A stretch of 64,000 bases of DNA from a virus (lineage: Duplodnaviria; Heunggongvirae; Uroviricota; Caudoviricetes), in the IMG/VR virus record IMGVR_UViG_3300031088_000735; one strand, 5' to 3'. Every line of letters begins with the position of its first letter. Position 1 is the stretch's first letter. The notes beneath the pieces are model-generated. The model saw only the letters and a program-made list of their open reading frames with translations, was not told the origin of the DNA and did not search any database. The position numbers and the translations under genes were made by a program. Positions 10,031 to 19,942 of the stretch are shown piece after piece.

Positions 10031-10993
10031 ATGATTAACGACTATATCGAAAAGATTCAATATATTGCTGCTGATCGCAAGCGGGGTGATACCTTTCTTG
10101 TGGATAACGTCGTTTTTCGATTGCCACATCTATATCCTCGACAATTGGCAGATTACCGTGATAACCCATCTATGGTTATTGACGCATTTATTCAACCTAT
10201 TCTTGAAAGCAATCCTAGTGAATTTATAGTCGTTTCTGATTTTGAGAGCCATAATTCTGTTTATACGCTTTACACCGTTAAAACTGAGAACATTTCAAAA
10301 GTTTTTACTCAATTTGCTGATGAACAATTTAGAATGGCTCAACGAAATGATTTAATTGTTCGCACCGAGCTTTCTAATTTCTTTGAGATTTTTTTTGAAG
10401 AATTTTTTGTCGCTGACGATTTCAAAGAAAAGTTTTTAACTGACTTAAAGACAAAAAGTGTATCGACTGATTTTCGTGTTTCTGGATCTCATGCACCTAA
10501 TAGATTTATTGAACGGTCTAATTTGCATTTAGTTGACATTAATATTAAATTTACACCAGAACATGAAGCTTTTTTGCGAAAGATGTTGAATATTAAAACG
10601 ACATTCAAACTCTTATATCGTGGCTATGTCTCATTTAATGGCGACTTTACTGTTCGTGAGTTTAAATTGAAATTGTTTTCAGATAACGATCTTCATCGTG
10701 AACATCTTGAATACTATCGTTCATCACCAACATATGGTTTCATTAGGTCTACAAAAAAAGCAAATCCTTATTCGTATGAGCCAAATCCAAAAGTGTTTTT
10801 CACGCTTTTTACAAAAGAAGATTATAAATTTACCTTGTATAAACTTTTGAAGTTTCACAATGATTCTGACACACTTGAAAAATACACTACCATGTTTCCT
10901 GAACTGTATACACCATCAGCGTATGATTTTGCAAATCTATCTCTGGAAGAATGGGATACTCGTTTCATACTTCAAGACATGATTGATATTTAA
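10031..10993 (+). CDS. hypothetical protein with PE..SAYDF module and M-tag (..RFILQDMIDI*)
   Basis: AGGTG/GGTG SD before ATG 10031. Confidence 0.8.
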   Translation: MINDYIEKIQYIAADRKRGDTFLVDNVVFRLPHLYPRQLADYRDNPSMVIDAFIQPILESNPSEFIVVSDFESHNSVYTLYTVKTENISKVFTQFADEQFRMAQRNDLIVRTELSNFFEIFFEEFFVADDFKEKFLTDLKTKSVSTDFRVSGSHAPNRFIERSNLHLVDINIKFTPEHEAFLRKMLNIKTTFKLLYRGYVSFNGDFTVREFKLKLFSDNDLHREHLEYYRSSPTYGFIRSTKKANPYSYEPNPKVFFTLFTKEDYKFTLYKLLKFHNDSDTLEKYTTMFPELYTPSAYDFANLSLEEWDTRFILQDMIDI

Positions 10994-11042
10994 TAATTAT
11001 ATTTGTGTGGTATACTGTTAATATCTAATTACACTATACAAC

Positions 11043-12875
11043 ATGAATTTAAAAGACGGTTTAAGAAGTATTGAATCATTAAACAACATTGTTCACTATG
11101 AATCACTACATGGTGAAAATGATGTTCGTTTGAATTACAATGAGATGACGTTTATACCTTATCTCAGTAAGAACAAAGGAAACAAATACATTAGAAATAA
11201 AAATGCTCTTAAAGATGCTGTTGATACATTGGCTGGGTTCGTTTCTATTATTAAAGAAACCGATTTGAATACATTGACGACTATACCAGATGTTGTGAAA
11301 TTTTCAGCTCGTTTTTCAAGAGGTTTATTTGATCTTGATGGTATTTCTGCACACACTAAAACACAAGCAGAATTTAATGGTGCATGGATAGACTTTTATG
11401 CTTATGGTATTAAAACTGAAAATAAAAATCCACATATTATAAATAAAATTGAAGACCAACGTGAACAAATCAATCATGTTGGACAAGAATTAGATAAAAA
11501 ATACAAAGAACTTAGCAACTTTCTTTTGTTTCACTACACATTACTTCAACAACTACCAAAGTCTTTGTTACATGAAGAAGATCGTGCTTATGTCGTTAAA
11601 AGTATCAATACATACACTGAGCAAATGCCTTCTATTCAAGAATTGGCTTCATTGCAACAACAATATCAAGATTTAAACAAACAGTTTCTGGTTGATGTTA
11701 AACAGCATATTGTTGATATTGCTCCTGACACTTTTGTTTCAAAAGCTGACGCTTTCATATTGAAGGAACAAGAACACCAGACTAATAATACTGTTGAAAA
11801 CTTCTTGAATGCTAAACTGTTGGAAGAAGACGTAAAAGTTGCCATTGAATTCACGGCAGCTCAAAAAATTCAAAAAGTCTTTTTATTTGATGATAGGAGT
11901 ATCGCCTATAAAAGAAACAATGAGTATCATACGATTAAGGATTCGACTGCAATATCTATGTTTATTAATGAACTTCATCATGAAAGTTTATCATTTATCC
12001 TTAGAAAAAAACCAACGACAATTGCGTTCTTTCAAAATAAACTAAAAGAAGATGGTGGATACTCAAATGCCATTAAAGCAGCGACTTCTTTTGTTGAACA
12101 TTCACAAGTATTAAAACAATATAACTTCGATTTAAATACCTTAAAAGACAAAGGATTTGAAGCAATTGATGACACTATAAACAACTTGGTTTATAAGAAT
12201 AAAGTTAAACAGTTCGCTTTCAGTATTTTGAGTGCTAAATATAAACACCATTTCAACAGTGAAACTGAGCCTTATTTTAAAGATCTCTTTGACAACAATG
12301 TGACAACTTCTCAGTTGCAGACGTTTGTGGGCAAAAAAATCGCCGCTTTGAAATCAAATGAAGATGTCATCAAAATGATTAATGGCATGCTGGATCACTT
12401 TAATGGGTTTACACAAGAAGCCTTGTCTGAAAAACTTCAATCCTTGGGGATCGAGAAGATACATGATGCGAATAACGCTGTCAGTTTCGAAGTAACCACC
12501 TATGAGCAATGTAAGGCGTTAGGTACCACGTCTTGGTGTATTGTGCGTGATGAAGACTATTTTAATCAGTATGTGCATGAAAGAGGAAATCGCCAGTATA
12601 TCATCTATGACTTCAATAAATTATCGACAGACATTCAATCCATGATTGGTTTCACTGTAGAAGAAAATGGAGACATTTATGCTGAACACTGGAAAAACGA
12701 CGACTCTATTAGTCGTTACGGTAAATCAGACACCTTAACTAACATCCAGACTAATACAATTTATAATAACCAATCACGTCATTCTTTATCAGAAGAAAAG
12801 ATTGTTGAGATGGAAGACATTCTTAATATCAAAGATGTCAAAAAGAATAAACCTTTAAAAATGAGAGTGGCATGA
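11043..12875 (+). CDS. large hypothetical protein A2, basic tail ..KPLKMRVA*
   Basis: 610 aa; paralog of 6675..8519. Confidence 0.85.
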   Translation: MNLKDGLRSIESLNNIVHYESLHGENDVRLNYNEMTFIPYLSKNKGNKYIRNKNALKDAVDTLAGFVSIIKETDLNTLTTIPDVVKFSARFSRGLFDLDGISAHTKTQAEFNGAWIDFYAYGIKTENKNPHIINKIEDQREQINHVGQELDKKYKELSNFLLFHYTLLQQLPKSLLHEEDRAYVVKSINTYTEQMPSIQELASLQQQYQDLNKQFLVDVKQHIVDIAPDTFVSKADAFILKEQEHQTNNTVENFLNAKLLEEDVKVAIEFTAAQKIQKVFLFDDRSIAYKRNNEYHTIKDSTAISMFINELHHESLSFILRKKPTTIAFFQNKLKEDGGYSNAIKAATSFVEHSQVLKQYNFDLNTLKDKGFEAIDDTINNLVYKNKVKQFAFSILSAKYKHHFNSETEPYFKDLFDNNVTTSQLQTFVGKKIAALKSNEDVIKMINGMLDHFNGFTQEALSEKLQSLGIEKIHDANNAVSFEVTTYEQCKALGTTSWCIVRDEDYFNQYVHERGNRQYIIYDFNKLSTDIQSMIGFTVEENGDIYAEHWKNDDSISRYGKSDTLTNIQTNTIYNNQSRHSLSEEKIVEMEDILNIKDVKKNKPLKMRVA

Positions 12876-14278
12876 AGAAAGCAACCAGTAAAGAGTTCTT
12901 GGACTTATTAAATGATTTCAAAGTGAAAAACAATATTGAAGGCAACATCTTCGATTATTATGCGACGTTTAAATTTTATAAATCAATATTCTTGAATGAA
13001 TTTTATGATATGTCGTTGATTAAAACGGACTCTATTGATCACCCAGTCATGATTAAACATTCGAAGCATAGTTTACTTGAGCTGGGAAATGAGCGTTTTA
13101 CAACCTTGGGTGATAATTACATCGACTACATACCAATAGTAAAAGATAAACATGTTGACCATATAAAATACATGTTTAATGCTTTGCAAAACAGCAATAG
13201 TTTTAAAAGTTTTGTTAATGCCGCTATTGCTGATACCCATAATGCTCATTCTAGTTTCATTTCGAACAAAGACAACATTTATCCTCACCCTGATTTTAGA
13301 AATGAAAAAACAATAAAAATGGTAGATGCTTTTTTAGGTTTAAAGAATGCGGTAGAAGAAGAATTAAAAAGAGATAAAAGCAATGAAACTGCACTCCTTT
13401 ATCATCTTGATAATTTAATTGAACAAATGCCCCGTGACAGTTTAAGGAAATATCAAATTGTCAGTGTTTTTAGAGGACGTGAAACCAATGATCCAGAGCT
13501 TGTTATGGATAAACTTTATGAACAATTTGAACCTCATTTTCAATTATTCAAAATTGAAGAAATGTTGAACTATGGTCGATTGTTGAATGCGGCTACTGAA
13601 AATGCAACGATTGATACACCCTTGCTTAACCAGTTTATTGAAACATTAAAACACTCCCACCCAGAGTGGTTTGTGACCTTTGATGAATCGTTAACTCACG
13701 CTATGACAGATGACAACGCTATTAGAGCGGCTGGTATTCCTTTGCTTGAAATGACGGCTGATTTTGACTTAATTGATCCTAAATCGTTTATGGCGACGGC
13801 CTATCCTAGTTATACTGATGGATTCTCCCATCTCTCAAACCGTTTTAAAGAATCTGAATCAAATGCTGTTCATTTGTATGGAGATAATGTCTTTTTTAAG
13901 GCTTACTATCACAACCTTCATATTGAACAAGACAATGGCCTTACTTACTGTAAAAGTGTGGATTCTGATGTTGCTTTCTGTTTAAAAGATTCCGATAGAA
14001 AAGACTTTATCACACCTGTCTTGGATTACTTGAATAAAAACGAAATCGTTCTTAATCTTTCAAGAGACAGCACCCTTTACCATTACATTAAAAAAGATGA
14101 CTTAGCAGTATTAGTGAAAAGCGAATACCCTAATCTTGTTTTTATTAATGATGAACTTGGTTATAAGAAGTTAGGGGCTATATTTGAAGCCAAAACCTAT
14201 AAGGAAGCACTTTCAATTTATCAGGGTACTGATGAGCAAGCTGTTGCTAAACGGATAAAAAATAAAGCAAGTATTTAA
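12872..14278 (+). CDS. hypothetical protein B2, translationally coupled to A2
   Basis: ATGA overlap; paralog of 8516..9952; ends KRIKNKASI. Confidence 0.85.
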   Translation: MKKATSKEFLDLLNDFKVKNNIEGNIFDYYATFKFYKSIFLNEFYDMSLIKTDSIDHPVMIKHSKHSLLELGNERFTTLGDNYIDYIPIVKDKHVDHIKYMFNALQNSNSFKSFVNAAIADTHNAHSSFISNKDNIYPHPDFRNEKTIKMVDAFLGLKNAVEEELKRDKSNETALLYHLDNLIEQMPRDSLRKYQIVSVFRGRETNDPELVMDKLYEQFEPHFQLFKIEEMLNYGRLLNAATENATIDTPLLNQFIETLKHSHPEWFVTFDESLTHAMTDDNAIRAAGIPLLEMTADFDLIDPKSFMATAYPSYTDGFSHLSNRFKESESNAVHLYGDNVFFKAYYHNLHIEQDNGLTYCKSVDSDVAFCLKDSDRKDFITPVLDYLNKNEIVLNLSRDSTLYHYIKKDDLAVLVKSEYPNLVFINDELGYKKLGAIFEAKTYKEALSIYQGTDEQAVAKRIKNKASI

Positions 14279-14340
14279 AATATGATTGTTATTTTTCTTA
14301 TTATTTGATATAATTCCTTTTCGAATGAAGAGGATTTTTT

Positions 14341-14742
14341 ATGAAATTTAATCTTACACCTGTCGATAGTGATGGCACACCACGTTTTGAAGTGTCAATT
14401 CAATATACATATGGTGAAACTGACTATAGTGTACGCACACAGACAATTATTTTACCTATTAAAGATCTTGATGATCTCGAAAAATACATCAAGCGTTTTA
14501 ATGAACTTAGAGATATGGTTAACGCAAACCGAGATGATGGTGTTGAGTATCCAGTAGAATACAGAGCTGACTTTGAAGATTACTTTTTTAGTTTTGATGT
14601 AGAAGGTCTTGACAATGTTTCCATTGATTTAGTGAGTGATGACACTAATGATGATTTTGATAGTTTTGCTCGTATGGAGATTGATAAAATCTTCTATTAC
14701 AATGAACATGGTTCAAAATTCAAGGTGGATGTTGAAGCATAA
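14341..14742 (+). CDS. very acidic hypothetical protein, tandem paralog 1
   Basis: GAGGA SD; TPRFEVSIQY...DLEKYI shared with the next gene; 32 D/E versus 14 K/R by hand count. Confidence 0.8.
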   Translation: MKFNLTPVDSDGTPRFEVSIQYTYGETDYSVRTQTIILPIKDLDDLEKYIKRFNELRDMVNANRDDGVEYPVEYRADFEDYFFSFDVEGLDNVSIDLVSDDTNDDFDSFARMEIDKIFYYNEHGSKFKVDVEA

Positions 14743-14800
14743 CGTTTGCACTTTTGATTGATTTTTGCTATAATGCCTTTTCTAACGAAGAGGCTTTTTT

Positions 14801-15205
14801 ATGCAATTTGAACTGAAACCTATTGCTCAGAATGTTACACCACGTTTTGAAATTGAAGTCTCCTATGGTCATGGTGATTCCGATCATAACAATTCGAGTT
14901 GGACTACTATTTCTAGTGGCAACTTGAAGGATCTTGAAAAATATATTCTACTCTTCAACGAACTAGAAGCTGCTGTTAGTGCAAACCGACAGCAAACCAC
15001 ACCATTTCCTGATAAGTTTTGGATAGACATCAAGCGTTGGGAGTTTGATTTTCAGGTTGATGTTGATGGTGAACCTGTCTACATTGGACTCGAACGTGAT
15101 GCCACTGCTCATGAAGACATGTTGTATTTTGCAGACATGACTCTGATGCAAGTGGTCTTTTACGATGAGAAAGGTGAAAAGTTTCAAGTTTACTGGAAAA
15201 TTTGA
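14801..15205 (+). CDS. acidic hypothetical protein, tandem paralog 2
   Basis: GAGG SD; TPRFEIEVSY...DLEKYI...FYDEKGEKFQV. Confidence 0.8.
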   Translation: MQFELKPIAQNVTPRFEIEVSYGHGDSDHNNSSWTTISSGNLKDLEKYILLFNELEAAVSANRQQTTPFPDKFWIDIKRWEFDFQVDVDGEPVYIGLERDATAHEDMLYFADMTLMQVVFYDEKGEKFQVYWKI

Positions 15206-15325
15206 GTTTTATCTTGATTGATTAAAGGTCACTTTGGTGGCCTTTTTTGCATATTATCGAATATAAGTTGACTAATTTTAAGCAATTTGATACTATCCAG
15301 CTAATTATTATTCAGAGGTGTTATT

Positions 15326-16093
15326 ATGGATTCCGACAATCGCGTTTCTTTTTATACAGACTTAACCAAACATCATGAGTTTCTATCCCGTTTGAAAGAA
15401 ATCATCAATCATCCAGAAAGCAACATTGTGGATTGTTATTTCGCTCAGTCTACTTCCAATCGTTTTTCCCTTTTTATTGATACCAAGAATCCACGTTATT
15501 CTTTTAAAAGTATTGTCTTCGATTTTACGAATCCTTTCTGGCGGGAGTCTTGGAACGAATCTGACAGCACCTATTTAGAGGATGGCTTATCTCAGGTAGA
15601 CATTGACAGTCTTAAACATTTTCTGGCTGATTTTACATTCAAAAACTCCTATGAAGGACTTTTCTTTGCTTCTGTATTCTTTGGCGAAACGTTCAACCCC
15701 AAGAAAGCATCCACGATTTATTTAAAATTCACACCTGATGTTGAAAATAATAAGTACACTGTTGATGGTAAACATTGTGAACTTCAGTTGGCAGTCACTT
15801 CACGGGAAAATTTGATTTATGAATTGAAACGTGAACGCAATAAAAAACATGCCAATCTGTATAAATGTAACACTTACAGTTTTCAACATCATCGAGAAAT
15901 GAAATACTGCATTGACCAGATTAATAAAGTGTCGGGACACGTCCCTAAACCAGACTGGTATGTAGTTGAGTTTTACCATGACCTTGAACACCTTGGCAGC
16001 TACATCAAAACTGTTTACAAAGTCGTTGATGAACAACTTGTTGAAGTTGATATTGAAGAATTTGTAAAACAAAACCAACCGGCTATTACTTAA
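15326..16093 (+). CDS. hypothetical protein
   Basis: 255-aa ORF with GAGGTG SD. Confidence 0.8.
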   Translation: MDSDNRVSFYTDLTKHHEFLSRLKEIINHPESNIVDCYFAQSTSNRFSLFIDTKNPRYSFKSIVFDFTNPFWRESWNESDSTYLEDGLSQVDIDSLKHFLADFTFKNSYEGLFFASVFFGETFNPKKASTIYLKFTPDVENNKYTVDGKHCELQLAVTSRENLIYELKRERNKKHANLYKCNTYSFQHHREMKYCIDQINKVSGHVPKPDWYVVEFYHDLEHLGSYIKTVYKVVDEQLVEVDIEEFVKQNQPAIT

Positions 16094-16105
16094 AAGGAAA
16101 GTAAT

Positions 16106-16309
16106 ATGAGTAGTAAACTAATCTATATTGTTAATTATTTAAATGCTCACAAGCAAGATCCAACTAAGATTCCTGATCATACTCGGAAAGCATTAGTCGT
16201 CAGTTCGATTGTTACAATTTCTCCAACTGAGAATGATCATGTTCTTATATTGAATGATAAGTTTTATGTTCTCAAAGAAGATCTATGTCAGTTTTTTGAA
16301 TATAATTAA
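16106..16309 (+). CDS. small hypothetical protein
   Basis: AAGGA SD; 67 aa. Confidence 0.6.
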   Translation: MSSKLIYIVNYLNAHKQDPTKIPDHTRKALVVSSIVTISPTENDHVLILNDKFYVLKEDLCQFFEYN

Positions 16310-16340
16310 TTAATTTACAACACTTGAAGAGGACTATTAT

Positions 16341-16682
16341 ATGAACCTTAAAAATGATTTTTACTACACGGTGCTTAAAGATACAGAAAACGATTGCATT
16401 GTTCTTCAGATGGTTACCCGTAAAACATGGGACAATGAACATCTTATGGATGAACCTGATTTCTTAATGGAATATTCTGAACAATTCGCCTTGCCGGGAT
16501 ACATCTTTGAAAGCTCTGGAGCGAATGGTGATGATTGTCTTGACACCATTGATCGTGTGGATGGGAAACCAGTCGATGGTTATCAATTGTTGAATGATCT
16601 AAAATCGAATGGCTATACAGTCAATGATGATTTTGGTAGACATCTTGAACAGTCATCCTGTGGATATTTTGTGAAAGTTTGA
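16341..16682 (+). CDS. acidic hypothetical protein
   Basis: GAGGA SD; 113 aa. Confidence 0.75.
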   Translation: MNLKNDFYYTVLKDTENDCIVLQMVTRKTWDNEHLMDEPDFLMEYSEQFALPGYIFESSGANGDDCLDTIDRVDGKPVDGYQLLNDLKSNGYTVNDDFGRHLEQSSCGYFVKV

Positions 16683-16685
16683 AAA

Positions 16686-16699
16686 GAGGCTTCGGCCTC
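16686..16699. terminator. bidirectional terminator GAGGCTTCGGCCTC between convergent genes
   Basis: A-run, hairpin, T-run. Confidence 0.85.
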
Positions 16700-16703
16700 T
16701 TTT

Positions 16704-17048
16704 TTAATGTCCACTTGTTTTTGAAAACATATTGATAATGATTACGCCCACTACGATGAACGCTATCCCCGTCATCGCTGGCACATCTATTTTCTGGTTA
16801 AAGACAAACACCCCTATAATTGCAGTGGCAACAATGCCTACACCTGCCCATATCGCATAGGCAATGCCTAATGGAACGACTTTAAGCGATTGCGATAGGC
16901 AATAGAAGGATGCCACGAAGAACGCCGCCATAAGTGCCGTAGGAATGAGTTTGCTGAATTGTTCGCTCTTGGTTAGGAAGGTGGTTCCTATGAGTTCACA
17001 GACGATTGCGGTTGTCAGGTAAAGGTAAGCGGCATATATCGGATTCAT
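16704..17048 (-). CDS. emrE: SMR family small multidrug efflux transporter (EmrE/Qac type)
   Basis: 114 aa, four TM helices, membrane-embedded Glu (AIVCELIGT), KSEQFSK loop, PLGIAYAIWAGVG motif; symbol indicates family only. Confidence 0.9.
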   Translation of the reverse strand: MNPIYAAYLYLTTAIVCELIGTTFLTKSEQFSKLIPTALMAAFFVASFYCLSQSLKVVPLGIAYAIWAGVGIVATAIIGVFVFNQKIDVPAMTGIAFIVVGVIIINMFSKTSGH

Positions 17049-17148
17049 GATCGTGTCTAAATGTTAATCATAATAGTATATATTTTGCTTATATATTGTC
17101 AAATTGTTTATTTTGGTGTATACTCTTCAATCATTTTGAGGTGTCAAT

Positions 17149-17964
17149 ATGCGGCCAGAAATAAGTGATTTATCAAGTGAAAATGAATGGCGTTTAATTA
17201 GTTCTGGCGTTAGTGATAATGACTACTTTATTTTATGTGATCGAATTGAACAAATTTTTAAAAACTTATTTAAACTTGATTACAATGTAAAAGAAATCAT
17301 AGAAAATAAAGAAATACCCCTATGTAAAAATGTTCTTTCTGAATATAAAACTTATGTCCCTTTTAAAACAGAATTATTTTCTGTTGGATTTGTATTCAAC
17401 ATGACAAAAGTAGACGAACTCTTTATTTTAGGCGATTGTATATTTTCTGTCACTGATTCATATTTATTGGATAAATTACCAATGGGTTCAGCCATCACTG
17501 AAAATGCTTATTGTGTATGTTTTTTTAATGATGACGAATTAATGAGTTATCAATCAACGTCTGTCACTTATCTCACCACTGTATCAAATCCTAAAAAATT
17601 CAGAGGATTTAATTATTATTACGTTAATTTAAGTTATACATATTATATCGATCATCTAGATAGAATGTCATTTCAACTAGAATATACTTATGAAGATGAT
17701 AATTTATTTTACAGTAAAGAGCCTTCGAAGCACTTTGTTTTATCTGAAAGTGTTGTTAGTGATCATATGTTATTAAAAATTCGACAACTTTATAAATTGC
17801 TTTCTTTTTATTCTAGTGGACTTGATCTGTCGCCTTTTTATTCATTAATAAATTATTCAAACATCAATGATGCAGTAGCCATGTACAATATATCTTTAAA
17901 TTTTATTCGTTCAGCTAATGATGAGCATGATAATCTTTTACTTTTAGATATGCTTAAAATTTGA
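17149..17964 (+). CDS. hypothetical protein with M-tag (..LLLLDMLKI*)
   Basis: GAGGTG SD; very AT-rich 271-aa ORF. Confidence 0.8.
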   Translation: MRPEISDLSSENEWRLISSGVSDNDYFILCDRIEQIFKNLFKLDYNVKEIIENKEIPLCKNVLSEYKTYVPFKTELFSVGFVFNMTKVDELFILGDCIFSVTDSYLLDKLPMGSAITENAYCVCFFNDDELMSYQSTSVTYLTTVSNPKKFRGFNYYYVNLSYTYYIDHLDRMSFQLEYTYEDDNLFYSKEPSKHFVLSESVVSDHMLLKIRQLYKLLSFYSSGLDLSPFYSLINYSNINDAVAMYNISLNFIRSANDEHDNLLLLDMLKI

Positions 17965-18049
17965 AGTTGTGATCGTAAGTTTTCGTAATTGACTTAAAAT
18001 GAGCTATTTGTTATAATTCAAGCTTCAAATCTCTTATAGGAAAAACACC

Positions 18050-18433
18050 ATGCCATCGACCAGTTACCCAGCTCATGAACCTGTACAAGAACCAGTTCAC
18101 TTTCTCCGTAGTTCGCTGGAAAACGTGTATGTCGTCTCTCATGAAGGTGGAAAACTCTTTCATCTCAAAGATCTGACCATGACCGAAGAAAAGCTTCCAG
18201 AAGAATGCGAACCGGGTTGGGTGGTCACTAAAAATGCGACTGGGGTGTTTGAAGATTTCGAACTTGATGACAATGTGAAGGAACAACTGACTGAAGATCC
18301 AGAACTGATTACGTTGCTCAACAAGATGATTGTTGATTCTTGCACTGGTAAAACCAACTATGATGTAGCTTGGTGGGTTGGTGGTTTCAATAACTTCATG
18401 GCGGGTTTCTGCAATCGTCATTACAATTTCTAA
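18050..18433 (+). CDS. hypothetical protein
   Basis: TGTTATAAT promoter, AGGA SD, terminator at 18458. Confidence 0.75.
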   Translation: MPSTSYPAHEPVQEPVHFLRSSLENVYVVSHEGGKLFHLKDLTMTEEKLPEECEPGWVVTKNATGVFEDFELDDNVKEQLTEDPELITLLNKMIVDSCTGKTNYDVAWWVGGFNNFMAGFCNRHYNF

Positions 18434-18457
18434 ACGTAATAACTATGTTTAACATAA

Positions 18458-18471
18458 GAGGCTTCGGCCTC
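18458..18471. terminator. terminator GAGGCTTCGGCCTC
   Basis: Exact copy followed by a T-run. Confidence 0.85.
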
Positions 18472-18574
18472 TTTTTTTGTTCTGTAAAATATAAGTTGCT
18501 TTATTCTTAGTTTTCATTTACAATCCAATTTTTTGTAAGAATTATGAAAAAATTATAATAGGAATTTATAATAA

Positions 18575-19876
18575 ATGAATCAAGAACTTTTTGTTGAAAA
18601 AATCATTAGAGATCCATTAATTTTATTGAGTGATCTTTCTGAATTAGGATTTAACCTGTATGACAATCGCTTAGGTCAATCTAATTATGAAACAGGAGTT
18701 AATCGTGTAAATTTTGAAGATCATAGAATTACTTCAGTTTTTGATTATGATAATGACCTTATTATAACTATATTTGAAAAAATATTTCCCGAAAAGGGTA
18801 AGTACACTGTTAAAAACTTCTTTTCTATTCTTAATTTTTATCAAGTAGTTTTTTCTAAAGATTGTTACTACGATGAAGAATGTCACATTGTATTTTTAAA
18901 AAATTATTTTAGCTTTAAAAGTCCCTTATTCAGTTTTAGCTTTGTTGATGGTGTTTTTGAAGAGATTAAATTGACTAATGAACTGTTTTTTAAATACAGA
19001 AATATTGAAAAAATAACGATAGACGCATTGTATGAATTAATTTTAAAAAACTTTAAATCTGCGTTTTACCAATATTTTAAAGATGACAACATTATTGTTG
19101 ATAATAATATTGTACATAAAATTATTAATGAAACTACATGGGAATATTATGAAAAAAATTTTTCTGATAAATCTTTTAAAATTATGGATGATTACACATT
19201 TAATGAAAGACTTCGTAACTACACCCATCCAATTAAAATAAACCACACTTCTGTAACACTAGAAAACATTCCATTAAAAACGTTGCTTGTTGGTGCTTTT
19301 GATGAAGATTTTAAAGATGGTGAATGCATAAATCAATTGGGATTTTTCAAGGATTTTGATTACTTTATAGAAGAGCATTACTTCTCTGAGATAAGCTTCA
19401 ATTCAAATGATCATTTTTTTGTTAAATATATTTTAAAAGATGTTTTGGATGAAATAGAACTTTCTTATTTAACTTCTGTATTCTCTTTACTTCAATTTTA
19501 TGATGAACTTTTTCTTAATAATTGTGCTACAAGAGATTTTAAAAGAAGATCAAATGCAAAATATTCTGATGATTTACAATACCTTATTGGTAAAAAAATT
19601 TCTATGCATAGGCGTAGTTATTCAGATATTGATCGATCACCTAGAGAAAATGATTATGCTTATCTGTTTATATTATCTAGTTTTGCTTTGTATTTAGGCA
19701 ATAAAAATTTAGAATTAAGCCTTCCTAACAATGAAAAAATAATTAAGGATAGTTTTATTGATATATATGATGAGTTATTAAAAATTGTAACTAAAAAAAT
19801 AAAAGAAGCTCTCAATGTTGAGTCTGATATTGTCAACGTTAATGATCTTCGATTATTAGAAATTATGCTATATTGA
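18575..19876 (+). CDS. hypothetical protein with M-tag-like end (..LRLLEIMLY*)
   Basis: 433-aa very AT-rich ORF. Confidence 0.8.
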   Translation: MNQELFVEKIIRDPLILLSDLSELGFNLYDNRLGQSNYETGVNRVNFEDHRITSVFDYDNDLIITIFEKIFPEKGKYTVKNFFSILNFYQVVFSKDCYYDEECHIVFLKNYFSFKSPLFSFSFVDGVFEEIKLTNELFFKYRNIEKITIDALYELILKNFKSAFYQYFKDDNIIVDNNIVHKIINETTWEYYEKNFSDKSFKIMDDYTFNERLRNYTHPIKINHTSVTLENIPLKTLLVGAFDEDFKDGECINQLGFFKDFDYFIEEHYFSEISFNSNDHFFVKYILKDVLDEIELSYLTSVFSLLQFYDELFLNNCATRDFKRRSNAKYSDDLQYLIGKKISMHRRSYSDIDRSPRENDYAYLFILSSFALYLGNKNLELSLPNNEKIIKDSFIDIYDELLKIVTKKIKEALNVESDIVNVNDLRLLEIMLY

Positions 19877-19942
19877 CTAAATATCACATTTCTAGATGCT
19901 AAAAAAGAGGCCATAGCCTCCTTTTTTTTACTTCAAAAATGC

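Noticed and set aside
16600-17150. Integron cassette or IS origin for the SMR gene
   Set aside because: No attC-like imperfect palindrome with RYYYAAC/GTTRRRY ends, integrase, transposase or terminal inverted repeats recognised.
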